NCBI GenBank assembly: GCA_000934665.2
Contig: KZ538591.1
Span: forward strand, 1-60,157
Origin: Catajapyx aquilonaris
Taxonomy: Eukaryota
Direction: 5' to 3'
DNA length: 60,157 bases
How positions within the stretch are numbered: position 1 is the stretch's first letter; every line of letters begins with the position of its first letter. The translations under genes and the position numbers were made by a program. The notes under the pieces are model-generated. The model did no database searches. It was not told where the DNA came from and saw only the letters and a program-made list of their open reading frames with translations. Shown here piece after piece: positions 1 to 11,900 of this stretch.

Positions 1-159
1 AATGGAAATGACCTCCATGAATACACAGTCTACATTTTTATATGAGAAAACTTCCCCTTTAAAGACTGCTGGCATCATGTAAAATCCATTCATGCAGTAT
101 GCAGATCAACTCTTACAATTGAGTTCTGACAGGGTTTTTATTCCCATATCCCTATAGCC

Positions 160-3100
160 ATGCCAAGAAGGAAACAGCCTCAAAGCCTGATATGCTTGAG
201 CATGAACAGCCTGGCCAGCAGTGTGCTACAAGCATGCAAGAGGAGCAATGGCCACAATCAGGATGGGATTAGCCAATTTGTCCATGACATACCAGAGAAG
301 TTTGTAATCGAATTTGTACAGAAGATACTCAGGTTGTACTCAAAGGTAGAGTACAACTACTGCATGACGGAAACATTTCATGGGAAATGCACCAAGGTAA
401 CCCCAGAGGATGAAAAGGACCTTCTGATACGCCCAGCACATTGTTACCGTCAACTGTTCACCAATCTTCATGTTATGAATGAGCCTCAAGTTTTTAAAAC
501 TTACTATGATGGGGGGGGGGGGGTTGTCAGAACCACTAACAATGTGTTAAAATCTCATCAATTTTCCAACCTGAGCAATCTCCGTGAAGTTACGATAACA
601 TTGATTCCAGGCACACAGCAGCTGGAGCAGATGGTTGAAAATTGCCCACTCCTGCAGGATGTGATGATTGAGGATTGCCTCAGGTACGTGACCTTAGAAT
701 TCGCTCAAGCTGCAGACACCTTAAAAATATCAATGATTATCCTATTAAACATGATCTTGCCATCCACATGCTTGCGAACCTGCCCAGTCTGAAATGTTTG
801 GGCATTAATGACTTGTCCCAAGTGCTGCCACTTTGCACACGGGAATATCCCTTGAAAAGATTTTACTCACACTACTCATTGTTGCCAATCGAAGCCTCTC
901 TCCCCACCTTGAAGAGCCAAAGCTGCTGAACATAGCTAGTGGCACCGACCCAAGCCCCATTAACAATCTCCTAGGCCTAAAGTGCTGAACAATAATTAAT
1001 AATAGGAGGTACAGTTTCCAGTCTTGTCTGCCTGAGAGACTTGTGTACATCAGTCGTCTTTCCTTTGATCAAGTTGATGAATGTCTCACTATCCTTAATT
1101 TCTTGTTATCGCTAGAGATGAAGGTTCAAATCACACAGCTCAAGTCCCTGAGCATTTCAGGATGCACTTGAATCAACTTGGCTGCCATTGGTGAGATATT
1201 TCCAGACATACCGTCTCTTGACTTATACAATGTAGGCTAGGGCGGCTCGAAAAACACTTTTTTTCGAAAGTTGTAGTTCGCTAGTGAAAAAAAGTTGTGT
1301 TGGGCGATCCTTTTGACAGGTAAAAAATCTGAGTCATGTGGGTTAATATCCTACGGCTCCGCCAGGGGCGTAAGTGACGCAACTTCCGGGTTTTCGTTTT
1401 TTGGCGTGCGAGTACACTTACCCGGCCTAAACATGAAAAGTTGCGGGCCTTTGGGGGTGAAATGTCGTTATTTTGCGATATCTTGCACCGTTGACGAGAT
1501 ATTGACCAAAACCCCATGTTCAAAAATTGCACGGTTCTGCAAAAAAACACTCTCTTTCGCTCTTTTGAAAACTTGTATGTGCTTTTTATGGATTTTGGGG
1601 TTCTGAATCCGAATCCGGCAACATATTTCCTCTATCACTTACGGTTTTAGAGATATATCGTTTTAAAACCTTTGACGGTTTACTAGGGGTCTTTCCGAAT
1701 CAAGTAGGCCTAATGTTGCTAGACTGCCTCGGATCTTGGTGAAAATAATCCCAGATGTACTCATCTATTCCATAATGCTGCCTATAAAAGTTCAACCATA
1801 TTGCTCAATACTATGATGAGGGGGAAAATCGCAAACATCTGGAAATGGCTGAGAATGAAGCCTTTTTTGGAGATTTTTTTTTTCGGTTAGTGCAAGTGGT
1901 CAAACTCCAATGAACATATATATTAAAAGAAAGGGAAACACCAGGACAATGCGCACATGGAATTAGTTTTCCTCTAAAATGTAAATATAAACTTTTATAG
2001 CATTTTATTGATCACTTGCTGAGTCACATGCCCAAGAATATATTGTGACCTCAACAATTATAATCGACTGCCCTTGGCCGACTCCCTCTCGTACCTTTCA
2101 CACTTATACTAAAACGTATATCATTGGTTCGGGCTGTCCTGCGGAGAAAACCCTTACGCAGTCATGGAAACACACTGCGACAACTGTGAAAAACAACGAT
2201 TCTTGATTTAAGTGTCGTATCATCCAAAATTGGTGTTTTCTCAAAAGCTGTACGTGACAGAGCCACTCTGACTTCAGATCCGGATTCAGCACACCTTAAT
2301 ATATATAGTCAGTCTGATTGTATCCAAAATAGTATTTTTATGCAGAACATGTTGAGGTCACAATATATTCTTGGGCATGTGACTGAGCTAGTGACAAATT
2401 TAATGCAATAAAAGTTTATTTGTACATTTTAGAGGAAAGCTAATTCCATAGGCGCATTGTCCTGGTGTTTCCCTTTCTTTTAATATATATGTTCATTGGG
2501 GTTTGACCACTTGCACTAACCGAAAAAAAATCTCCAAAAAAGGCTTCATTCTCAGCCATTTCCAGATGTTTGCGATTTTCCCCCTCATCATAGTATTGCG
2601 CAATATGGTTGAACTTTTATAGGCGGCATTATGGAATAAATGAGTACATCTGGGATTATTTTCACCAAGATCCGAGGCAGTCTAGCAACATTAGGCCCAC
2701 TTGATTCGGAAAGACCCCTAGTAAACCGTCAAAGGTTTTAAAACGATATATCTCTAAAACCGTACGTGATAGAGGAAATATGTTGCCGGATTCGGATTCA
2801 GCACCCCAAAATCCATAAAAAGCACATACAAGTTTTCAAAAGAGCGAAAGAGAGTGTTTTTTTTTTGCAGAACCGTGTAATTTTTGAACATGGGGTTTTG
2901 GTCAATATCTCGTCAACGGTGCAAGATATCGCAAAAATAAGGACATTTCACCCCCAATGGGCCACAACTTTTCATGTTTAGGCCGGGTAAGTGTACTCGC
3001 AGGCCAAAAAACGAAAACCCGGAAGTTGCGTCACTTACGCCCCTGGCGGAGCCGTAGGATATTAACCCACATGACTCAGATTTTTTTACCTGTTAAAAGG

Positions 3101-3592
3101 ATCGCCCAACACAACTTTTTTTCACTAGCGAACTACAACTTTCGAAAAAAAGTTTTTTTCGAGCCGCCCTAATGTAGGCCTATTATGGTGGTGATATGGT
3201 GGTGAATTCATTCATCTTCCTCCTGACTAAATTATGGCAAGTTCTGCTTTTCAAGCACTTGAACTATTGAAGGTGATTGAGAGGATGCCAATGATTCAAG
3301 CCAAATCTCGGGTGTAAATTTCCAGCAATAAATTAAGGAATCTTGATGTCTGTATCCCACCAAACATTTCGATTTCATGTGAGCAGCTGTCTGGAGTTAG
3401 ACTGAAGGAGTTGCGTGAAATCGTCTTAAGCTATACTTGAGCGTGACAAAAGATATAATACAAAGATTTTGTGTGTATGTGGAGGTAAGTTGGCAGTAAC
3501 ACATTGGTGATAATTCTAAATGCCAGGTTGAAGTGCATTCACTGCAAAGTCCGTTGAAACCATAATTATGACATATGGTTTTTAAAGTCATA
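160..3592 (+). pseudogene. Decayed intronless leucine-rich-repeat protein gene with an N-terminal BC-box/SOCS-like motif, interrupted by a hAT-like insertion
   Basis: ORF 160-792 starts MPRRKQPQSLICLSMNSLA and has LRR-like segments (FSNLSNLREVTI, ENCPLLQDVMI). Similar segments continue in other frames (SCRHLKNIN, LANLPSLKCLGI) and resume after the 1238-3171 insertion (NKLRNLDVCIP, RLKELREIVLS) with stops and frameshifts. The 3' end is approximate. Confidence 0.5.
1238..3171. mobile_element. Non-autonomous hAT-like foldback element with ~820-bp inverted arms
   Basis: Termini TAGGGCGGCTCG...CGAGCCGCCCTA; exact 8-bp TSD ATGTAGGC at 1230-1237 and 3172-3179; arms ~1238-2055 and ~2350-3171 are reverse complements around a ~290-bp spacer. 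Confidence 0.9.
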
Positions 3593-3929
3593 ACGCCATA
3601 TACAAGTATACAACTGTGATTGAATCATTCTGCAGGGCACTCAGGGAATATATCAGAGCTGCATAGAGCTTGAGAAGTTTTTTTTCCGAGAAATATTGTT
3701 TGGCATACATTATAGGACTAATGAGATATAATCTGGTTTAGGTGTACTCTAATCTGGTGTCATAAATTTTCCTATGCACCATTGTGCACAGAAAAAATTT
3801 ATTTGTACTCGCCCTTTTGGCCAGCGTGGTCTAACACCTAATTAAAAAAATTCACGGTTGTGGGTTAATATCTTCACACTTATGTCTTCGTAAAACGGAA
3901 ATTTTGGACCAAGTTCACCTCGTTTACGG

Positions 3930-4210
3930 TACATACGTATCATTTGGAACCTTTTTGCGAAGTGCCCGGGCCCACGGGAAGGGTGACTGGGAGGGATGTA
4001 TATACAAGGTGCAAGTGCAATAGCTCTAACTGTACATTTTGTGAACTCCCCCGGGTGGATTAGTCTAGCGGAGATTTCACCCGAGACGAAGCCAGAGACG
4101 ATCTAACTGCACGAGATGTGCTGTAGGTGGGAAGCCCTAGCTTGGGATCGAGCCCGGGACCCTTACATCCGTGGGCGCGAGTGTTACCGAAGTGCCACTC
4201 CACCTCCCCT
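3930..4210 (-). mobile_element. tRNA-derived SINE (family A), diverged copy
   Basis: Minus strand has A-box-like TGGCACTTCGGT and B-box-like GGGCTCGATCCC; body matches the copies at 42329-42641 and 31688-31940. Confidence 0.65.
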
Positions 4211-5641
4211 AGAAAGATATAATTATGGGCCCGAACTGAACGTTCGGTAATGTCTCCTTCTTTACTGCTTTGGCTTGATATTTGCTTTAGTTTTATTTTA
4301 TTGCTTGCTACCTTGGTACAGCCGCAAAAAAAAAAAAAAAATATCGTGGGGAAATCCCCATGTGGCTCTTTCATTTTGCATGATTTCATCAGCTTCGCGA
4401 AAGTTTGATTCCATGACATACCTTCTTGAAAGCAGCATGCGGTGGCAAGTTGTGCCTTTCCGAGTCAGATACCTAAATAATTTGACTCTTTAGCCCTTTC
4501 GTGTTGTAATTTGCAATTTCTAGTGACTTTTAATCGATCAGTTTTTAAGGAAAGATTGTATGTCGATATCCCCAGGAATTCTTCGGTTTCTTGGCGCCAT
4601 GATTCCATATACTGTACGGCATGATGTACTAGCAGAGGAGCCCGTTCTTCGCACGGCCCGTTTACATGGTTTGCTTTTTGCTGCCATTGCCATAGAAAAA
4701 CCAAACATGCTGGACAAACAAACCAACAAACTTTGCCTTTCATACACAGATAGCAGGGTACCCATTCTTCGCACGGAAATTGATGAAGTTCAGGCCCGTT
4801 TCCACCGATCGCTAGCTGTTGCCAGCCATGTTGGCAGGAGCATGGCAGTGACTTGTTTCACGAGGTACCAGCAGATGAAAAAATTTGGCGGCTTTTTCGA
4901 TTTTAAAAATGGAAAGGTCCATTGTGCCCCAGTCTCCCCTATAATTTTTGCTCTGGACAAAATGCTAGCCAGAACTATTTTTTTTGTTGCAAGGCGATAA
5001 ATAATAACTTAGGCCATTTTTGCGATAGAGCGACGATTATTTTTTTCGTTGAATACCGCGTTTTATGACACCAATCGGATGCTCAACATCTCTACTAAAC
5101 AATGCCATCCTTAAAATTGCCTAGTGTTGCTTTTCTTTGGCATCAGCTGCTCGTACGTTCAACTGTGCGAGCAGAAGGCCTTTTGGTGTCTGCCTTAAAA
5201 TGGCAGATTCAATAAGGCAGACAGCATGTGCGAGAATTGGCAGATATACAGTATTAGCGTCAAAATTAGTTTACGGGGACTTTATAGAGGGTTCTGTTTT
5301 CAAATTCGATGTAAAAAGTTACAAATCAAAGTGGCGTGATGTGTTATCCTGATATGCCCTGATGCTACCGCCGCCGATTTTTGGGGGGGAGGAAGGGGAG
5401 GGGTACAGCTCCAGATAAGAGGAGAGCCCGTACTCTTCAATGGCTCTTATCTATGATGCTGAAAACAAATTTTCACGAATCCCTCAGGTTATAAACAGTT
5501 GCCTCTATTTACAATGCCACTGCAAAAATGGGTGGTCCGGAAGTTAATTGTCTCTGGCGGTCAATGTGGTAGGTGGTGGCAGCTAGTCTTTGGTTCTTCC
5601 CAGTCATAAGAGCTTCCTGCTTTTTATAGACCGTAAATTTA

Positions 5642-5839
5642 TTTATTTATTTATTTATTTTTAAAATACCCCGTGATAGGGCGCAGGGCGGAGCCCTCTT
5701 AGGGGGGAAGGGGAGGTTCCCAAGGGAGGGCGCTGTAATTTTTAGGCATTTCTGTCTGTGAAATACACCAGACCTTTTCTCCTGGCCCTCGGCAGAGTAG
5801 GGCGTGCCCCGGCATGTCGGGTGAAATGCGGAAAAACTA
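5642..5839 (-). mobile_element. Headless SINE copy (family B)
   Basis: Matches body and tail of 38425-38682; (TAAA)n tail on the - strand; 16-bp TSD ATAGACCGTAAATTTA at 5626-5641 and 5840-5855. Confidence 0.8.
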
Positions 5840-7174
5840 ATAGACCGTAAATTTAAAAATCTGCATCTATTTGAATTTTTGCAGGACTGAATTTAGTGTA
5901 AAATTGACTAAATGACCAATTTTCAATGGCCTTCATTTATAGTCTTAGTAAATTTTTATAGAGGGTCACATTATGACTTCTTATAAATGTATATAAAATA
6001 TCAAGTGGTCTATTCTTTTAATTTCAAATGGTAACGTGTCTGTGGGACTGATGAACTTCCTTGTCTTTCCCTGCCAGAGATCATTTTTGTACTTATAAAT
6101 TTTTGAATAAACATATATTTAAATGCTTTCCCCTCTAGTCAGTTCATAACTTCATTGATGTGGTAGATTCCTCACACTTTTCTTCTCTAGAGCATCGCTA
6201 TACTGCCATCACAACCAATTTGAATTCGCAGAGTTATTACGTAGTGTAACCCAGTCCAGAAATGCGTGTATAGAGCAATAATAAAGCACAGCATGACAAA
6301 GACCAATAGAAGACAACTCCAAAGATGGGCATGGGCATCCATACCTCCGATGCACATTTTTTGCCATCTATAGCAGCCATACCGATGGTTCAGACAAATG
6401 AACAATTCAATATACGTTATTACAGTATTATATGGTTGACTAAAGAGTAGTTCTTTACTATACTGTTTCCACTGACAAATAAACTTCTTGTGTTGCAGCA
6501 AAATTAGCACCGTCCTGCATTAGTTTGACATATTTTATTACTGCTGATACCTGGGGTGGCAGAAAACACTTTATGGGCTGACCTGGCCTGTGATAGGCCC
6601 TACAAAAATCTCGCCAAACCAATCGGGACTGGTTATGTAAAAGTTGAGTTGCAACATGCCAGTATACACATTTGAAAGACCGTCAAAAGGTGCTTAAAGC
6701 AACTTCTCTTTCATAACTCCTTTTGCCGATTATATTAAGTGCAAGTTTGTCGATAATGAAATATTTATTTGGGGGTGGATTCATCAAAATAATGACGTAA
6801 GTCACATTTTTGTCGTAACCGGTCGTAACTGTAGTTACTAATAATTAACTAACTATGATTTATGACCGGTTACGACGCAAATATGACTTACGACATTAAA
6901 TGAAGCAACCGTCAGCCAATTTATTATGTTAATTGTTCATAAATTCCATATTAATTCTTTCCATCGCTAGGTCTCATGAAAATTTGTGCACACTTGTCCA
7001 AATTCATTACTACATAATAATACTAATAAGTTACCTAAAATGTTTATTATCCGAATGAAAATTACTAGCAAGATATCAGTTGTTTGAATTCATCGTCTCT
7101 GCCCTTCACGGAGGACTTGAGTTCTTTGCTTTTTCGGTTTTAAGAAAATAGACAATATACCATTTTCGCGATAG

Positions 7175-7273
7175 CCATTTCTGACATTCTTTAACACCAG
7201 GCCTTTTCTCCTGGCCCCGAGCAGAGAATGGAGTGCAATTCTGCTCCGGCATGTCGGGAGAAAAGCGGAAAAT
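7175..7273 (-). repeat. Fragment of SINE family B body
   Basis: ccttttctcctggcccc...gcagagaatggagtgcaattctgctccggcatgtcggg aligns with 38527-38593. Confidence 0.7.
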
Positions 7274-7439
7274 ATTTTCCTGTTTATTTAGAGGGGTTAG
7301 ATGTAGGCTACGATAAAATATATATATTGTGTGAATTAGGGACCCGAATGTCCCAGGCATATGGGTACAGTGGTCCATTTGCATAGGGCAGCTTCTAAAC
7401 CGATTTTAAGCCAAAGGGGTGGAATATATTAGTGACGTA

Positions 7440-8044
7440 CAGGGGTTGGACAGAATAATAGGGGCCCCTGCAAAAATCGGATGAAATTTCGCGTTTGTTT
7501 TATTCGAAAACTGGAAAAGGTACAAAGATGACATTTACCTAGTTTTGAAGCTCTATCGATGTACATTTGTGGAGGTATGCAGATGACGTAAAAATCACGA
7601 GAAGGAGAGAGAAACAAAAGACGAACGATACCCCCAGACCCCACTGTTGACCAAAGTGTCCCACCCTTTTTATTTGAAAATGAAAACAGTTACGGATATG
7701 AACTTCACTGGGTTTTGAAGCTCTATCGATGTCACTTTGTGCGGTATAGAGATGGACTAAAATTACCGACAGAGGGGGTGGGGATAAAAATAATAGAAAC
7801 GACACCCCCCTTCCTCGGCACTGCTTGAAAGCAAACACTGGAAAATTTTCTTCCCAGCGCTGATACTTCATGCTAACTGAGCAATACCACTGCCAAACAT
7901 GGTACCGGTACTGGTAAGTTAGTATAGTTCTAGTAGTGGGACGAAAATTCGACCCAAACTTATACTATATAACTATACATTATTTTGTCCAACCTCTTTT
8001 CAGATTTAGTGTCGGGGAAGGCCTATTATTCTGTCCAACCCTTG
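7440..8044. mobile_element. Tc1/mariner-type MITE (same family as 25625-26841)
   Basis: TIR CAGGGGTTGGACAGAATAATAGG...CCTATTATTCTGTCCAACCCTTG, TA at the left end; internal sequence aligns with 25625-26060. Confidence 0.7.
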
Positions 8045-8877
8045 GTATATTACTAATGAGTAGGCTACCAATACCGGTACCTCCAACATGCCGGAAAATA
8101 GTGGTTTTTAGATGTAACAACTATGTACTATTATTAAAATTCAAATGTTCAAAAGTGCACCACTGTGTCCCGGTCTCCCCTATACGTGTAGTTCTAAGAA
8201 TTCGGTTGCACACACTGTAATAATCACGAGTGCCACCGGTAAGATGGTTGGAAATGTACCATCTGACAAAATGCAAATGGTGCGGTATGTTGCCTTAATT
8301 AGTATGAAGGTTATTACCGTCATACATTGTACTTTGCATAATTACAGTCATGCGGTATTATTATCATATCCTAAAATTTGAGGTAATTTATTTTATTTGT
8401 TACATGATCTATTATATCACTCTGCACGGCTCGGTGTATGGCATTTTCAGAAGTAACTCATTGTACACGCCCACATGTGTATTAATTTTAATTTTCTATC
8501 CCAGTTACGTGATCGAAGAACCTTAAGAAACACTATGAATGGGGTAGGAATCACATCCGCCTATAATTCAAGTTCCTACGTAAGCCAAGGTATGCTTGTG
8601 CTGGTCAATATGTCGGGTGGAGTATACTGTTCCCTGATTGGTCGATCGTCGGTTCAGGCATGTCTCTTTCGCACCCCAATTTTCGTTCTATTCGCCCCAC
8701 ACTGCTTCTTCTCTTGTGTCGCACGACAGACGTGATTTTCCATGCTCTCAATGAGTGACCCAGTGAAGCGAATACATGACAAGGTTGAAAGGTCAATCTC
8801 ACTTGAGGTAGATCAGTAATTGCACCGGTTTTGCACAAGGAGCTCTACTTTTGGACAGGTCAGCACGCACATCTAAA

Positions 8878-8901
8878 ATGGTCCTTCTGCATCAATCTAA
8901 G
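8878..8901 (+). CDS. Candidate first coding exon of the SLC6 gene (MVLLHQSK)
   Basis: aaaATGg start context followed by AAG|GTTAGT, a phase-0 donor matching the phase-0 acceptor at 13040. No homology support. Confidence 0.4.
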
Positions 8902-11900
8902 GTTAGTGGCCTTTTCATGGGGACTTTCAACTTGTAAACTACTTTTTGACATTATATGCTACAAGTTGTAAGTTGCCTGAATAGTGTTTTTTGATATGTA
9001 GTAGTGGTTTTTGTGTCGAGTTAATGTGTATTGATATTACTGTCCGATTGTCACGCCTCATATTGCGCATGAGTTTCGCAATACCAAATAGGCTACATGA
9101 TTATTTTGCGAATATTGAACGTACCAGGTGCTGCAAACACAATAGTGTTCTTTCACCAGCTTTGCCATTAAATCCAATAATTACCCTAATGTTCGGTACA
9201 ACCTTCATAATCTTGGTAATGCAATGAGTATATACAAGTACAAAGCTTTATAGCCAATTCAGTTGTAGTAGTCAATAATGTACAGCCAGCATTTCTCACT
9301 TGAAGGTCACACTCGATTCACCCCCATTAGTGGTAACGCAATTAAACGGCAGCAACGTGCATTAGAAACAAGTAAACAAGTGCGCATCATTTCCGTTTAG
9401 GTACATTCCCGCACAGGTATAATTTGCCCCGGAACATCCGGGCACGGTATTGATCCGGGTAGCCAGACTTTATTGCACATGTGTAAGGAAACCTTGATAA
9501 CAATTCGTTCAGTCCAGATTAATCGTGAATTGGGTGTCATTTGCTTGCACCTTTTTTTTAAATGTCACTGCAGGTGCGATTAACTCACAGGGTAATAAGT
9601 TATTAACAAGTGTTACTTGGAGAAGATGTAAACAGTGGGCTAGATCGATGCGACCTCGTCCAGCTCACCGTTTTGAGTGTTTGCCCTGTTTAGATTCTCA
9701 AACATACGGAGATTTGTTACAGAGGAGTAATTCGCATGATATGAACTATTTTGAAACTGGTGGTTAAGCAAAGTGATGTCATATTGCTAGTGCTAATAAT
9801 TATGGAGGTAAGCTAAGTGGTTTTACAAAAGTGACGTTGTACAGCATGGCATAATAGATATTGCAGTCGAGGTTTCCATTTTTGGATGTTTTAAATTGTT
9901 ATGTAAAGGGTTGGTAGATAATTATAGCTACGTGCGAAACGTGAGGCTTGTTACTCAACACCGAATTATTTTTTAATTACGTCTCTTGGCTTACAGTCAC
10001 AGCAGTTGGATTATAATTAGTTGTTTCAAACCTCCTCCCCTTCTCCTGCATCTCGCTTCACTGTTGTAATTATTTCGTGAATATTTAAAATCCAATAATT
10101 GCCATATCCCGCCAGATTGAGTTGCACATCTCTCCGAGTAATGTAGTACAGCATGTAATGCACAGTGCTTTCGAGACCTATACACCTGTTTTTGCTGAAG
10201 TTGTTCGTACAGTCGTGTACAGTGCGTCAGCCTCCCTGTACCGTGTACCGTGTCGATAAGAAACTGTTCAAAAAATACCAGTACCTCATTATGTGTCGAA
10301 TATGATATATTATTTCTAAAATATATGATCCTTGTGTGAAAATACTCTATATTTATGACGCAATATGACTGCGGTGCAGCAAATTCAGCAGTTGGCCTTG
10401 CCCGTTAAGTAGGTTGCTAAATCCCTTTTCCAAAGGGTATTGTGCAGGTAACGATCTAATTATAGCCTTGTTTTATGTAGATGTTGGTTATAATACTGTG
10501 CAGTATAGGTTTCACATTCATTCACTACACTTTGCGTTATACTGTATCTGACGATGCCAGCCTTACGCGGCTTCCACTGAATTTTAGGAAGTATGACGAC
10601 AGTGATAGTTACAGGAAGAGCCATTAATGCCATAACTACTGAAGGGAAGATATCTTTTGGTTTTCCTGGCAAGTGCATATCTCAGGTGCATATGACGTAT
10701 GCGTCCTTTTCTAATAATATTGGTGTGTTAGCCACATTCCGGTATTTTTTTTGCGTCGGAATATCCTACTAAGACCTCCTTATCTCGATGGTTATGTCAT
10801 AGCAATGCAGTTTTGCTTGAATAGGGCGCATTTTGGATAGGCTATATGCATTATTTATTGATTGGGCAGATCGATAAGGCATTTTAATGTGCAGTGCATT
10901 TGAGTTATTGATTTGTAATGGCGAATAGATTGCACAACTCCGCGATGGACGAATTGCTCTTATTCGTAGAAGATTGGTATGTTTCCTTTTGACAACTGCC
11001 GTCATCCATTTTGGTATTTTTAAAACCAAAATCTGCTCCAAAGTTTAACATCTCATTGTAAACATACGGTATTTGTTGTCACAATCATGTATGAGATTAT
11101 TGAATTAATATGCGAATCACAGAGTTTGCGATTCCAGTAAATGTAGTATGTACCAGGTGCTTCTTAGTACGTCAGTCAGACGCCACTGGATTCCTTACCC
11201 CAAAATGATATTCACAAGCCGGTACGGCGACGACTTTTGCTGCCCTAAGTCACGCGCACCATTTCCACCTGCATTCCTGGCAGTAGACACGTAGTACCCT
11301 GCACGTATTATCTTTTCTACGCTCGAAATGCAAATGTTGCAAGTGGATTTAGCAATCCCTATCTTAACGAGTCACACAAGTATTAGTCTTGCTACATTGG
11401 ACATAACAAGCTGACTTTGCTTGTGAAATAGGAGGATTTCCTCATATTGTCATGCACAGTCCAGTATAATATAAGAGTAACTTCTCGACAGTACAAGAGA
11501 GTTCCTGGGCGAAGGTTAGGACTCGTAATTGGCATGTAACTGCTCGTATTTAATCCGTGAGGCTGGCACTTTTCCAGGCCTGTGTAGAGACAACGCGTAA
11601 TTGATTGGCATTTGTATGTAGGCAACAACAACAACAACAACAACAACAATGGGGAACCATTATTTTTGGCATATTACTTGTAATGTCATTCAAGTAGCAG
11701 CCAATGGTCGTTTGACCGGTTGATGCCTGGACATTTTACACTTAATATTTCCTAATTTTGTCTGGAACAAGGACGAATGACATACGAGCAATAAATATAT
11801 AATACCTGTAGGTCCCCCAAAAAGGGTTATGCCCTCGAAAGGGGCATCATAATAAATAAATAAATAAAAATAATACCTCGTAGAAAATGTTTTGAGTGGT

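Noticed and set aside
1281..3172. Mirrored ORF pairs on opposite strands (also 53179-53805 vs 55000-56067, and 23174-23677)
   Set aside because: They are by-products of inverted-repeat arms; only the 23-kb pair has a recognisable (transposase HTH) origin.
4560..5000. 146-aa ORF as a gene
   Set aside because: No recognisable motif or splice context; it lies in repeat-like DNA and cannot be supported.
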